Below, piece by piece: positions 12,701 through 26,596 of a DNA stretch of 64,000 nucleotides. The DNA comes from Lama guanicoe (lineage: Eukaryota). The stretch covers positions 24,740,433 to 24,804,432 of the forward strand of contig MU054187.1 of the NCBI GenBank assembly GCA_013239625.1. The letters run 5' to 3'. Under the pieces are notes generated by a model. That model searched no databases. It was given only the letters and a program-made list of their open reading frames with translations, and was not told the DNA's origin. Numbering within the stretch: the first letter of the stretch is position 1; each line of letters begins with the position of its first letter. The translations under genes were made by a program, and so were the position numbers.

Positions 12701-15699
12701 AATCACTAAAAGAAGTATTTATAAATTGAATCTAATAACCCCAAATAACTAATGTTTGTCAACAATAAGATTATTTACAATGTCCTCTCTTGCTCAAACA
12801 CCATGAGGGTAGGGATTTGCTCTATTCTGTCCACATCTTTATTCCAAGTGTTTAAAATAATTACAGGCATGTAACAAATGTTCAATAAATACTTGCTGAA
12901 AGGTAAATGAATGGATATAAATGAAGAGGAGGAAACAGAGGAGGAGGAAAAGGGAGGGAAGGAGACACCCATTTACTTTGTTCCCTAAAACTAGCCGTGT
13001 TCTAAAACTGCGTGTCAGTCAGATGTCCATGACTTGGAACCCACACAGACCTAGCTATCAATATGCACAAGAAGTAATACTACTAATTACAATGCAGAGT
13101 CTCAGCAATTCCTTATGACCTTGTTTCTATACGGAATGATACAATAGAGAAGGTGCTGGTCTAGCAGTCACAAAACCCCAATTTGAGGACTGGCTTGGTC
13201 ATGAATTGTCTATGGAACCTTAGCCTTTCTCAGCCTTGAGATCTCTTACCTTTTAAAAGGAAGACCGGTAAGATGACCTCTAGGGATCTTCTGGCCATAA
13301 GTGCATTTCCAATAGTTGATGGTAAAATCCTGCTGTACCCTAGCAAAGATAATCTTGTGTACCAATAACTTGGTTCAATTAAGTAAATGTTCACACCAAA
13401 CTACAAACAAGGACTGTGCTTGGTGATGTTAGAGAATCCAAAATCAATATGACGTTGCAATCAATCTATGTGCTAAAGAGCCATGGAAACAGCTGGTTAT
13501 ATTTCAAAGTAAGGAACTCTAATGGGAATGCAAAAAAATAAAAGTTACTGGGATATAGAGAACAATAACTAATCTGGCTTGGAGAAGTTACGGGAGAGGA
13601 AACAACTTAGAAAAACTTCATGAAGTGGGTGAGTATTTGTGAAATGAGTCAGACTGGCATTCTAGTTATAGGGACCATGATGTGAAAACTATAAAAACTG
13701 TAACTAATACGGCACATGTATGCTGAGGGGAGGTGTACAAAAAAAAAAAAGATAATGATGGGAGGAGATAGGCTGTGGCTAAACTGTTGAAGGCTCGAAA
13801 GTCTAGACAAAAGGCTTAGGGATTTATTCTATAGATAATGAGAACTAGTAAGTTTTTAAGAAAACAGAAGGTGATTCTAGTGGCAAAGTGAAAACTTAAC
13901 TGTAGAGATGAATATGGAGGCAGGACCATTATTGGGGGCAATTATAACAGCCCTCAGGAAAGAAAGATGTGGAATGTTCAAGTAGGGCAGTGCCTGTGAG
14001 AAAGGCTGGTAGCAGACCTCTTGAGCAGAAGCTGCAGAGGCAGACTTTCAGGTCTTTTAAGAATAACGAATGACTGAAGTTTGCAGTCCAAGTGCCTCCT
14101 CCATTTTTATAAAAGAAGGCTCCTCTCTAGTTCAGTCCTTCCCCAGCTTCTTAGAGTTTGTATCAGAAGCATGAACTCAAAATCAAGCAAAACACACCAA
14201 TAAAACCTGATGCTCTGATGCCAGAATATCCTGAATTACAGAGAATGTGAATTTGCATTTTAAAAATGTTTCTGAAACACGTATCTAATTGAGAACCAGT
14301 TTTCTAAAAGAGAAACAAAGGACAGTTGTCCCAAACAAGGGCTGGCACAAGGGGAGCTACTCACATAGACCTAATGATTTTTTGTTTTTATATACATTTT
14401 TCTCGTGTTGTCAAAATCTGAAAATTTACAGATAGGGTTGTGTTTTTTTCTGTAACAGAACAGAAATCCCACTGTCAACAAAACAGTACATACAGCACAT
14501 GCTATTTCTATAAGGTTGTACAGGTTTCTAACAGATTCTCCAAGAATATGGCTCTCTCTTCGTATCCATATCAAAGTGGTTCTAAGAGATGCTGAAGAGT
14601 TGGTCTTTAATTTTAACTCTGAGGATAAATTCTGACAATGTTAGTCATGAATTCTGAGGGAATATTCATCAGATCACAATTCTACCAAAGTAAGTTATTT
14701 GGACATAACAGAAACTTCACAAGCACTTAAAACTGCATCTGAAGGTTACCTATGCACAGGCAGAAATATATTTAGTGTTCTCAGTGGGAAAGGGTAGAGA
14801 TCTCAGGTGAATAAACATTCTTACCCAGATCATAAAATCCGAACACTAGCCCGTCTATCCTTTTACATCTGCTCCCAGTTACCCACTGTACCATCATTTC
14901 TTAAAATTTACACATTAAAATACATGCTATCTGCACTACAGTATAATAATATCACAATTGCTTTGACTTAGTCAGTATGAATCAAACTATTTGCTATGTG
15001 ACCTCTGGTTAATTTCTTAACCTCTGTGTACATCAGTTCCCTCACCTAGAAAATGTAAGTGATGTCATCTATCAGCCCATCTATTGAAAGGACTGTTTTG
15101 GAATAAATTTTAATGACACATGTAAAGCACTTACTTCAGTCTCTGTAAACTCAAGACATGGTAGTTATTACTACTGATCATCATATTACTAATGACCTAT
15201 ACACCTAATCAATTCCTGGTCACTAGGTTCTAATGGCTCACTCCTTCCAAAATCTAGCTTAAGGCATTCCTAACCTGTCTAAACCAGGGTTGCAGAGTAC
15301 AGCTACTCAGGAGGTACACTGTCCAACTCTACAGGTGCCATTCAGTGGGCCACAATGTAAATGACACATGAGGATGCAACTAGGCAGTGCCATCCCGACT
15401 TGTCTTTTAGCCTGAGGTCAGTAACTGCTGACAAGTAACTATGAAAATAACCCAGGAAGCAAACAAATGTATACAGGAATACAAATGGATGTTCTGACAG
15501 CTAGGCAAAGAGAAAAGTTACTAGGGAGATTAAATGTAAAAATATCTAAAGTGAAGAAGCAAGAAGGAAAGATAAATAAACCACCTTCTTGGTGGCTTAA
15601 ATCAAGACAAATAGGGGAACGCATTTCAAATAATTAAGAGGTAACAGTTGCTCTGAGGACACTGGCTTTTGTGACGGTCAGCACCGAGATGACTGTAAT

Positions 15700-16320
15700 G
15701 CACAGTATTCATCTCAGTAAATGGCATCACCTTCCGACCAGTTACTCAAAAAACTAGTTGTTTCCAAACCCTCTAAAGGCAAGATCTCCTGGGTCTAGTT
15801 CCAAAATTTGGCCTAAATCTGCTCGTTTTTCTGCATCTCCACTAATACCGCGGCGTCGGCTCTCTCTCACCTGGACCACATCGTAGCTTTCTACTTATAC
15901 CCCCATTTCCACTTAGGACCCCTGGAATCCACTCTCCACATAGATACCACTGTGATCTGCTCCTTCTACCTGGAATCCTGCTACCCAGATCCTCCCACGG
16001 CTGCCTTTTCTCAGCATTCAGGACACGAGCCTCAAATGTTCCATCCTCAGTGAGACCTTTCCTGACCACCAATCCAAAACAGCCCAGTCCCGGTCACTAC
16101 CACCTTGTTTTAGCTTCCTCTCTGCATCTAGCCTTAACAGAACGTAACAAATATGTTTATTTGCTTATTACCTGTCTGAATCCTGACCTTTAGAGTATGA
16201 CACTCACAGCAACAGGTATCTTATCCATTTTATTCACCACTGTATCTTCAGCACTTACAACAGTGCCTAGTGCATGGCAGCCAGAAATATTTATCAAATG
16301 AATAAATGAATGGATAAATG
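15700..16320 (+). mobile_element. L2 LINE 3' relic
   Basis: L2-type 3' end ...TTCACCACTGTATCTTCAGCACTTACAACAGTGCCTAG...AAATGAATAAATGAATG. Confidence 0.7.
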
Positions 16321-16430
16321 CATGCTTAAAAGACAGTAAAAGTGGTCACCCATGGCAAATATAATCCTGATAACATCAATTTACAAAAAATAAAGTTGCT
16401 AAAGAATCAACAAAATAATGTTTTAGTTAC

Positions 16431-16528
16431 CTGTACTGGGCTGGCCCTGAGGATCACAGTAATTCTCTGTACTCATGAAAATAACTGCCAATCCAATTTC
16501 CGCTTCAGGAATAGGTCTAAGACCCTGC
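16431..16528 (-). CDS. NBN: NBN exon 8 ([32 protein letters not shown])
   Basis: AACAG acceptor, CAG|GTAACT donor, 98 nt; conserved [14 protein letters not shown]. Confidence 0.97.
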
Positions 16529-17229
16529 CTGTTAGAATAAAATAGCTTAAGTATGATAATATGTTAAAACTTACAACTTTTATTAAGACGATGTCAAGCT
16601 GAATCTATCTTTTTTCCCTCAAAGTGCTATAACAATTTTATCATACAGAGGGAACGGCAAATACACAAGGTACTAGACTACTCACTGGACAATGTTGTAT
16701 TAGGCAAGTTCACCACCTTTTAGTAATTTAGCTATTTCATCTGTAAAATAAAGGTCTAGAGTAAAGGATACAGATTCTTCCAGTTCTAAACACTGTAATT
16801 TTCAGAAGAAAATAATAGTACTCAGATGAAGCAACAAAATAGATTTTTTAAGCAAATCTATGATTATCAGAATTCTAAGATAAACCTTAAAGAGAGAAAG
16901 AAGAGGGGAGAAAGAAGGGAGAAAAGTACAAAGAACTATATATAAGCTTTACCTATAAATGTGTTATAATGTTATGTTTAGTAAATCAAATCATTTCCCC
17001 AAATTTACATGTATTAATGAATCATATTAAAGGAATCTTATGGTGAACCTATCTTCTGTTAGTCTGTAATGTAAATAATGACTGACTTTATACAACAAAG
17101 ATAATTTAATACAACTTAATAATGATGCTCATAGAAACTAAGTGAATTTTAAGAAACATAAAACTTTTAATATTTATTATAAAGATGTTTAAGTAGTTGT
17201 AATAGCTTAAGAGGTCTTTTTCAAATGCT

Positions 17230-18530
17230 TAAGGTGGTTTTTTGTAAGATTTTTAAAAAGATGACTCTAAAATGTACATGGAAAAACAAAAAGCCAACAA
17301 TAGCCAGGATGCTTCTGAAGAAAAAAGGAGAAGGAAAACGTATGTCCTACTAGATGTGAGGACTTAAGTTATAGTAATGAAGACAATGTGGTAAATGTAG
17401 TATTGGTACAAGAACAGACATTCTGATCAATGGAATAGAATAAAACCCAAAACATTCCCATGCATGTAAGGTCCCTTGGTATAAAACAGAATCAATTCCA
17501 GATAAATTAAAAACAAATTTCAAAAATAAAATATCAAAATACTAGTAAAAATTAATAAAACTCATAGGTGAATTTTTTTTTATCTATGAGTAGAAAAAGA
17601 TTTCTTAAACAAAATACAAAAAGCACTGACTGAAAGATTGTTAATTTTTAGTATATTAAAATTAAGGACTTTCATTCATCAACATAGTAAAGATAATTTA
17701 CAAAGTGGTTAAAAGATTCTATAATACATAGAAGTGAAAAAAAGGATTAATATCAAGAATACATAAATGACTGGATAAAGAAGCTGTCATGTATTTATAC
17801 AATGGAATACCACTCAGCCATAAAAAATAGTAAAATAATTCAATCTGCAGCAACATGGGTGAACCTAGAGATCGTCATTCTAAGTGAAGCGAGCCAGAAA
17901 GAGAAAGAAAAATACCATATGATATCAATCATATGTGGAATCTAAAAAAAAAAAAGGAAAAAGAGGACACTAATAAACTCATCTATAAAACAGAAACAGA
18001 CTCGCAGACATAGTAAACAATCTTATAATTACTGGGGGAAAGGGAGTGGAAAGGGATAAATTAAGGAGTTTTGAGATTTGCAAATGTTAGCCACTATATA
18101 TAAAAATGGATTTAAAAAAACAAGTTTCTTCTGTACAGCACAGGGATCTATATTCAGTATCTAATAATAACTTTTCATTAAAAATAATACAAAAACAAAT
18201 ATATGTATATATATGCATGACTGGGACATTGTGCTGCACATCAGAAACTGACACACTGTAACTGACTATACTTCAATTTAAAAATGTTCTAATTAAAAAG
18301 AAGAATACATAAAGAACTCCTAAAAATACAAAAAAAAAGCACACAAATATGCAATTACCATACAATTCAGGAACTGTACTCTTGGGCATTTATTTCAGAG
18401 AAATCAAAACTTATGCTCACATAGAAATTTGTACATAAATATTCACAGCAGCTTTATTTGTAACAAACACTGGAAAAATGCAGATGTCCTTCAGTGGGTG
18501 AATGAACAAATCTCAGTGTACCCATGCCAT
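17230..18530 (+). mobile_element. ancient L1M ORF2 3' relic, interrupted by a younger L1
   Basis: Degenerate ORF2 hallmarks (GATCAATGGAATAGAAT, TATTGGTACAAG, CTCTTGGGCATTTAT). Confidence 0.7.
17768..18300 (+). mobile_element. 5'-truncated lineage-specific L1
   Basis: Closely similar to 34367-34885; TSD AAGAATACATAAA at 17755-17767 and 18301-18313. Confidence 0.88.
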
Positions 18531-19456
18531 TGCACACTTAAAGATATTCTAAGTGGCTGTAGTAGTTTAAAAGGTATTTTTCAAATGCTTATTAACATTT
18601 GTTGTTTTGTATGTATTAGGTTAACTTAGAGTTCAACTCTATGCGCGATTATAATATAGCACTAAAATAAAAGATTTTAAGAAGTATTATAATCAAGTGA
18701 TCACAAGTACCTACTTATAATTCAGGCAATTCAAAATCAGTTCTTTATTATCCTATTCACATTTCTCAAGCTATAAATATACCATGAAAATCAGTTACAA
18801 AGATTGGCTATATAAAATAGAATAAAAACATTTAAAATGCATATTTAATAATATTATACAGACATTACAACATCTTGAATGGGGAAACACTGGAAGCACT
18901 TGTTTTAAAGCCAAAAGTGAGATAAATATGGCTATTCTCACTGCTCTACCCAACCGCTTTGGATGTCCCAGTTGGTACATAACCAGGAAAGAAAGAGAGA
19001 CAGAGAGAAAGCAGTATCAAAGGCATGAGGATTAAAAAGGAGAGAAATATTTACAGACAATACAAACAAAGACAACAGGTAAGTTATTAGAAGTAAAAGA
19101 GGAGTCGAGTAAGGTGATGGGATATAAGATTAATATCTAAATGTCAAGTGAATTTCTATACCTCAGCAGTAAACTAGAAAATGTAATTAAAGAGACAATA
19201 TCCATGTCATGGATAGCCATACCACGGAGCACTACTCAACAATAAAAAAAGGTTAATACACAAAACCTGGATAAATCTCCAAGTAATAACGGTGAGTGAA
19301 AAAAAAATTCTAAAAGGTTATATGCTATATAATTTCATTTACATATCATTTTTTAAATAAAACTTTAGAAACAGAGAACAAATTAGAGGTTGCCAAAGTT
19401 TGGGGACAGGAAGGTGAGTTATAACATAACAACATAAGGGGTCCCTGTGGTGATGG

Positions 19457-19570
19457 AACTGCTCTGTATCTTAGCTATGGTGACGAATACACGAACTGAC
19501 ACATGCAAAAAAACTGCTCTGTATCTTAGCTATGGTGACGAATACACGAACCGACACATGCAAAAAAACT
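19457..19570. repeat. 55-bp tandem duplication
   Basis: AACTGCTCTGTATCTTAGCTATGGTGACGAATACACGAA[CT/CC]GACACATGCAAAAA occurs twice with one mismatch. Confidence 0.92.
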
Positions 19571-22003
19571 ACACAGAACTAAATACACACACATAAAACT
19601 GGGGAAAACCTGTATTAAAAAAAATACAATTATCCCAATAGAAAACTGGGCAAGGCAAGAGACATGAACAGGTATTTCACAATAAAAATAAGCATTTGAA
19701 GAAATGTTTAACCATCACTGGTGATCAGGGAGAAACAAATCAAAATCACGAGATATGACAAATGAGAAGTGAAATAAAGTCTGAAAACACCCAGTGTTGA
19801 CTGTGATGTGCATCTAACTTGATCTCTTACATACTGAGGTTCAGAGTACAAACTGGAAAAGTTTGATACTGTTAAGCATTTATATAACCTACGATCCAGC
19901 AGTTCTAACCCTAGGAATGTGGTAATATACCCCCCCAAAAATCCTGCACAGCCACCAACAGGAAACAGACAAACATGATCTGAGTAGCAGTTTACAATAG
20001 TAAAAATTTATTTAAAATAACTAATCAAATAGTGAACAAATAAACAAATGAATTATTTCTGGTTCAGCGATGATAGTATATCATGACCCAAAGATTATGA
20101 TTCATCTACTTTTGTGCAAAGCTGTGAAGCAGGAGAGACGAAGAGAAGGCAAATAAGAGGATGGAGAGAAAATAATTAACTTAGTAACAGGGAAGAGTTC
20201 TCAAACCTGAGCTAAGATACTACGAGAATATCTCAACAAGGACAAAAATCAGGGTTACATTGTTCCTCTAGACTTCCAGTCTTCTTCAGACATGACTAAT
20301 TTTCATCACTGACATCCTACACCCACTTCTGACACCTAATCAATACAGCCACGGCCTTAGCTGAGCCCAGTGTTGGGCTGTCGTCTGAAATTCGGCCAGT
20401 AGCTGGCTTTACTGGCCACTTGCTTGGTATTACTGCACCTCCAATGGCTATCAGTGGCTTGGACTAAACTGACAGGTGTCATTTCAAGTCACAGTCTTTC
20501 TCCAACTATAAAACTATCCTCTATCAAAAACCAAATCAAAACAGGGGCCAAAGACTCCTTAACAAAATGTCACCTCATGGTCAAGGGCCCAGCCTCTGAG
20601 CAGCCTTGCACTCCAGCTACCTTCTCACCTCAGGGTCCTGTACGTGAAAGGCAGCAAGATGTAATGGTGAGGAGGGTGGACTTAGGAACCAGATTGCCTG
20701 GGTTTACATCCTGGCTCCTATGTTCACTCCCCATGTTCTACTCAAACCCCACTTTGCCCCATCTGCACAGTGGGGACCATGACAGTAAAAATACACAGGG
20801 CTGTGTAAGAATTAAACGTCTTCATATACGTAAAACTCTTGGAAAGAGGATCTGCTGCATAGTATCATTAAGCACAGGTATTATTGCTATTGTTCTGAAT
20901 GGTTCTTTTAAAGCCTGGTCATACATAAAATATTGCCCGAAAGGGGCCTCTCCACGTAGAATAAACTTCTCCCCTCTGCTCTGTTATTCTGCTTTTGTTT
21001 TATACATATTTGTAATGGTCTGTTTTACTTGTCTTTATCTTTCTCTCTAGACAGTAAACTCCAGTGGTGGCCAAGGACCATGGCTTTCTTGTTTCCCATT
21101 ATATTCTCAGTGCGTAAAACATAACAGAATCAAAGTAAATTTGAGTTTGTTATAGTAAGACGGTATTTTTGTTACACGGCTATTTTCTTTTCCACAGCAC
21201 TTAATACATCTCCATTAAGCAAAATATTCATGGAACAGATGGCTGAAATTTTACTTTTTATTTCAGCAAACTCATAAAAGGAAAAAAAAGCAATCTCCAT
21301 GGTCAGAAGGACTCCGGAGATGGGAAAAATGAATAGGGAGCTAGCTATGGACTTTTCAGGTATATAAATACCCTAAGCCCTAACTAGTTACCGCTAGGTC
21401 AAAAGACTGTCAAGCCTGCTTTTTTTAATAATACATTTTGCTTCAACAATGCTAAGATTCTTAACACCAATAAAGGAAAAAAAAATCATTGATTTAACTC
21501 CTTTAACTGCTCCCCATCCCCACTAAACACAATTCTAGGATATTTGACACTTTTTCCCTGCTTTCCCATAATAGCCTACATATAAGAGGGATAAAAATTT
21601 TTATACATCTCTTCAATGAAGGGTAGAAATCATCAAGGGAGAAATACATTTCAGCTCTACGCTGTTTCAGAAAAAATTTCACATTTGAATTTTAACTTTC
21701 TCAACTGCCATGTATTCTACAGAAAAAGAAATACTTTTTTAAGAGAAGTAAATTCTGTTCATTCTATTAAAGTAACGAAAAAGAGGCAGAAAATAAATAC
21801 TCAGAAAAAACTGTCATGGGTAAATACATTCTATTTCTAACATACTAAGTCACAACAAATTTTCAAGTAGCATACGCAACAAAGTCACTATAAAAATTCT
21901 TGCATATACATTTACGTTGTTATGTGGAGTACAACAAAGGTTACAGATAAAATCACCTACTTGCTTGTTTGTTTTTTTTAACTAATAAAGAATCATTCCT
22001 TAC

Positions 22004-22197
22004 CTCTGGAGTCTATCCATAATTGAATGAATCCATTTTTTCTGAGAGTTAGGAATGAAGGTCTGTGAGTCTGTCATTCCTACATCAACAACACAAGTTC
22101 CAGGAGCTGAGAAGAAGCTATCGTCTTCTTCATTTTCTTCTGTTATCAACCTAGTGTCTCCTCCTCCAAATATAACTGCGGTGCTTAATTTTTTATG
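22004..22197 (-). CDS. NBN: NBN exon 7 (BRCT2: [45 protein letters not shown]...)
   Basis: TTAG acceptor, GAG|GTAAGG donor, 194 nt; contains the SQ equivalent to human S278. Confidence 0.97.
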
Positions 22198-22810
22198 CTA
22201 ATAATGGAAAGAAAAAAGGAATTAAATAGCCACAATTAATTTCTTAAATACATTCGTAACATTGTAAGAATTTGATTTGGGAAGTAAAATAAAAGTAGAA
22301 TTTGAAGTAGAAGTCATTATACTTCTTGAGAGGATAATCTGAGCTTCCACTTTGAGATGAATCCCTATTTGACCAGGGACCACTGCAGCTGTGGAATCCT
22401 TAACATCATCTGCAGTCCCTCACCACACAGCGCTGTGACCGGGGGCATGCCTGCAAAACCTTTCCACCTACAACATAAACTCCTGGAAACCCCATGTCAG
22501 TACACAGAAGACATGCAACAGCTGTTTACTAACCGAACACATTTGGACTTCAACCAAGTTTTCTGTCTCCTCCCGGTACATATTTACATAAACTTAATTA
22601 ACAGGCCAATTAACAGCTGTTAAAAAATATAGTCACATAATGAACACTGGGCAGGTTCTCGTGCCTACCAGTTTTTTATTCCACTTTACGTTTCTACACA
22701 AAGTCTCAGAATTAACATTACTGATAACTGCATTAACAACTACTGATAACTGTCATAATCTATCCTACTTTATAATGTTTTCTTTAGGAAAATTTAGCTT
22801 GTAACATTAC

Positions 22811-22928
22811 CTGTTTGGCATTTAGGAAGACAAATGTTTTCCCTTTGAAGATCTGTTTTCTTTCCGGTCGTCCTGACAGATCAATATTTTTACTTCCAAT
22901 AGTCGGTTCATCAATAGGTGGATAAAAA
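22811..22928 (-). CDS. NBN: NBN exon 6 ([39 protein letters not shown])
   Basis: T-tract GTAG acceptor, CAG|GTAATG donor, 118 nt; homologous to the human exon carrying 657del5. Confidence 0.97.
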
Positions 22929-23884
22929 CTACAAAAAAAAAAAATAAAGTACATTCTAATTATATACTACTCTGTATGTATACCATTAAATTTGTAAGTG
23001 GAACGGCAATCTAGACACTAGAAAAGCTTAATATCCATAATACCATTATATTATTTAAAAAAAAGTAAGAGTCTTAACTGGGACAAAAAGATTGAAAGCA
23101 TCTAAATTCTTTTTTTAGAAATCCATGGTGACAGGTGACACACAGAAAAGCGGAACTGTTCGTTATTTTCTAAAAATATATAATGCAACGAGATACAATT
23201 AAATATACATGAATCAAGCAAGTTCCGTGAACCACCAAAGGTTGAGAGAAACATCGTCCATTAAAGATCAAATTCCATTAGCATCTTGTGTTTGCTTGGG
23301 AACCAATATTAGCAATGTTCATACTCGAATTCTATCAACTACTACTGTAAGTGTTTTCTAACAAATCTCTCTGGAAAAGTTCAGGGAATTTTAAAAGCTA
23401 CATTTTGTCAGTTTAAATAAAACTTCCAAAGTGAGATTTAAAAACACAAGCTTTTATGAAGTATGAGGTATCATGGTATCTGCAGCTAGTTCTCAAACAG
23501 CTCAAGAATAAAACAATAAAACTAAAAATTCTACATACAGAGATAAAGCAAATGTGACAAATGTTAACAACTGGTGAACAGCTAAAGGGTATATGAGTAC
23601 AATTTATTGTACTATTCTTGGAACTTTTCAAAGAGGTTTGACACTTGGCAAAATAAAAATTTAAGGAAAAAATAAAAAATACAAACATAAAATTTTAGCT
23701 CATTAATGTAATGCTGTAAGTGCAGCTTAATCACCCATGAGGATTAGGGAAAAGAGGGAAATAGAGAAGTAGAATCAACAGACAATTCTTAAACCTCTCA
23801 TTAGACCATAGTTGCAACTTTCTACATAATCGTATCTTTTGTTACAGCTATCATTCATAACTGACTGGCTTTTATCTCTCTACC

Positions 23885-25600
23885 TCTTGGTGAAAACTGC
23901 TAACATTCATGGATAGAAAGGCTCAATATTTTCAAGATGTCAGTTCTTCCCGACTTGATCTATAGATTAAATGCAGTCCCAATTACTCCATACAAGTTGT
24001 TTTGTGGATATTAACAAACGGATTCTCAAGTTTATATGGAGGGGCAAAAGGCCCAGAATAGACAACAAAATATTGAGGGAGAAGAACAAAGTTGGAGTAC
24101 TGACACTGCCTGAATTCAAGACTTAATGTAAAGCTGCAATAATCAAGAGAGTGTGGTACTGGTGAAAAGAAAAAAAAAAAAGATCAATAGAAGACAACAG
24201 AGCACCTTAAAAATAGACTCACACAGAGTGTCAAAGGATTCTCACAAAGGAGCAAAGCCAGTACAAGGGAGCTTAGAGAGTCCTGTCAACCAATGGTGGT
24301 GGAATTGGACATCCACATGTAAAAAGACATGAATCTAGAATCAGACTTATATTCTTCACAAAAATTAACTCTAAATGGATCACAGACCTAAATGCAAACT
24401 CTAAACCTTAAAGATAACATAGGAGAAACTCTAGATGACCTTGGGTATGGAGACGACTTTTTAGATATAACACCAAACATGTGATCTATGGAAGAAATAA
24501 ATGGTAAGCTGGACCTCACACTGTAAAAGATACTGTCAAGAGCATGAGAAGAGAAACCACAGACTGGGATAAAGTATTTGCAAAAGACACATCTGATAAA
24601 GGACTGTTATCAAAAATATACAAAGAGCTCTTAAAATTCAATAAGAAAATAAACAACCTGATTTAAAAACTGGGCCAAAGACTTTAATAGATACCTCACC
24701 AGAGAAATACAGAAAGAGAAAATTAGCATAGGAAAAGATGCTCAGCATCATGTATCAGGGAAATGCGAATTAAAACAAAGAGGTACCACTACACAACTAT
24801 TAGAATGGTGAAAATCTAGAACACTGACGCCACCAAATGCTGGTGAGGATGTGGAGCAACAGGTACTCTTACTCATTGCTGGTGGTGGAATGCAAAATGG
24901 TACAGTCACTTTGGAGGACAGTTTGACACTTTCCCACAAACTAAACACATTCTTAGCATTCGATCCAGCAATCATGCTTCTTGTTATTTACCTAGAGGAG
25001 CTAAACTTATGCCCTAACTTGGAAGCAATCACGATGTCCTTCAGTAGGTGAATGGATAAATAAACTGTGGTACATTCAAACAGTGGAATTTATTCAGTGC
25101 TGCTAAAAAAGAAATGAACCATCAATCCATGACAAGACGTAGAGGAAACTTAAATGCACGTGAGTCAGTGAAGAAGGCCCAACTGGAAAGGGTACACATT
25201 GTATGGGCCCTACTATTTCAGTCTGGAAAAGGTAGAATGATGGAGACAGGAAAAGATCAGTGGTTGCTAGGAGCTGGGTAAGTTGGAAGGATGAACAGGC
25301 AGGGTACAGAGGGTCTTATGGCAGTGAAAACACTATACAATACTATAATGATGGATATACGCCATTATACATTTGTTCAAACCCACAGAATGTACAATAC
25401 TAAGATTAAACCCTAACTATGCACTTTGGGTGACTACGATGTGTCAATGCAGACTGTAACAGATGTGTCACTCTGGTGAGAGACATCAAAAACAGGATAA
25501 GCCATGCATATGTGGGAGCAGGGCTTACAGAGAAAAACTACTTTCCTCTCAATTTTGCTGTGAACCTAAAATGGCTTTAAAAAATAGTCTTAAAAAAAGA
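23885..25600 (+). mobile_element. old L1 (L1MC-like) ORF2 3' part and 3' UTR
   Basis: ORF2 C-terminal remnants (ORF 24851..25051) and 3' end CTCAATTTTGCTGTGAACCTAAAA. Confidence 0.8.
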
Positions 25601-25857
25601 TTTTTTAAAATTACTAAATCATCATGGTGATGATAGGATAATGTAGGATGGGGGGAATTCACAATGTGGACAACCAGTCACTAGAGTTAACTATCCACAG
25701 AGAGCAGTATCTGATATGACAACAATGTTTTGGTTGTTAAGAGTCACCATCCAGTACTTTACCATTAATTTCCTTAAATTCCCTCTGTCTCTCCATATTT
25801 CTCCTTGGCCGTGGGTTCTCGTCGCTGCGAGTGGTGTGTTCTGTCAGGGTCACCACT

Positions 25858-26596
25858 TGTGGGTTTTGTTCTTTGTGGGTTTTGTCCAGCAAAAGTCCCA
25901 CCATGGAAGAACGAAATTACTCAAGACTTTATCAAGTCAAGAGAGTGAGAGGGAGCCGGAGACCAGCTCTCCAAGCTCCTCCAAAGCTCCCGTGTTTACT
26001 GAGAACAGTCAGACAAAGCAGAAGGAAGATACGTCATAGGAATGAGTTAAGGGGCATGGTGTACGTGCCGGGATGCAGATCAGTAGTTCTAGTTTGTGAA
26101 AAACGTAAACATTATAATCTTCATTTATACTTAGTGAGGAAATTACAATATTGATAGTACAAAGGGCTATTTCAAACCTCAAACAATCATGAGCAAGGTT
26201 ACAGTGTTCCAAACAACTGATAACGAAAACCAGACCACCACGGAGTCTCCAATGATCAGAAACTGTCTAAGCATGGGAAGCAGCCCGGCTGTTGCCAGCT
26301 AAGGGCCGAGTCAGTCTTCCGTGAGGGTCAGCCGCCTACCCTACCCGCCTGCGCCTGGTAAGCGAAGCACGTCCTGACGGTTAGGGCGAGGGTCGAGGCA
26401 TGGTTTTCCATAAGCACAAGCAGCCCTGACCTATGACCCTGAACTAAGCAAAGCAAGCAAAGCACGTCTCTGCTTTTTTACGGCAAGAAGACAGATTGTA
26501 GCAGGTTCCTGCTAGCAAAGCAGCTTTAAAGCAACTAAACTTATGTAGTGATCAGGGTGGTATTTTGGTCTGTTAATCAAAACTTGCGCTCTTACA
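25858..26596 (-). mobile_element. probable solo LTR of unassigned ERV family
   Basis: TG...CA bounded block, richer in CpG than its flanks, with AGTAAA on the minus strand near the left end. No TSD found. Confidence 0.45.

Noticed and set aside
20424..21050. 208-aa plus-strand ORF
   Set aside because: Non-ATG start, runs through MIR/L2 relics, no recognisable domain; a chance ORF.
22710..22755. Short direct repeats (ATTAACA..TACTGATAACTG twice; similar ones at ~47630 and ~59770-59830)
   Set aside because: Only two copies each and no spacer array; ordinary slippage duplications, not CRISPR-like.
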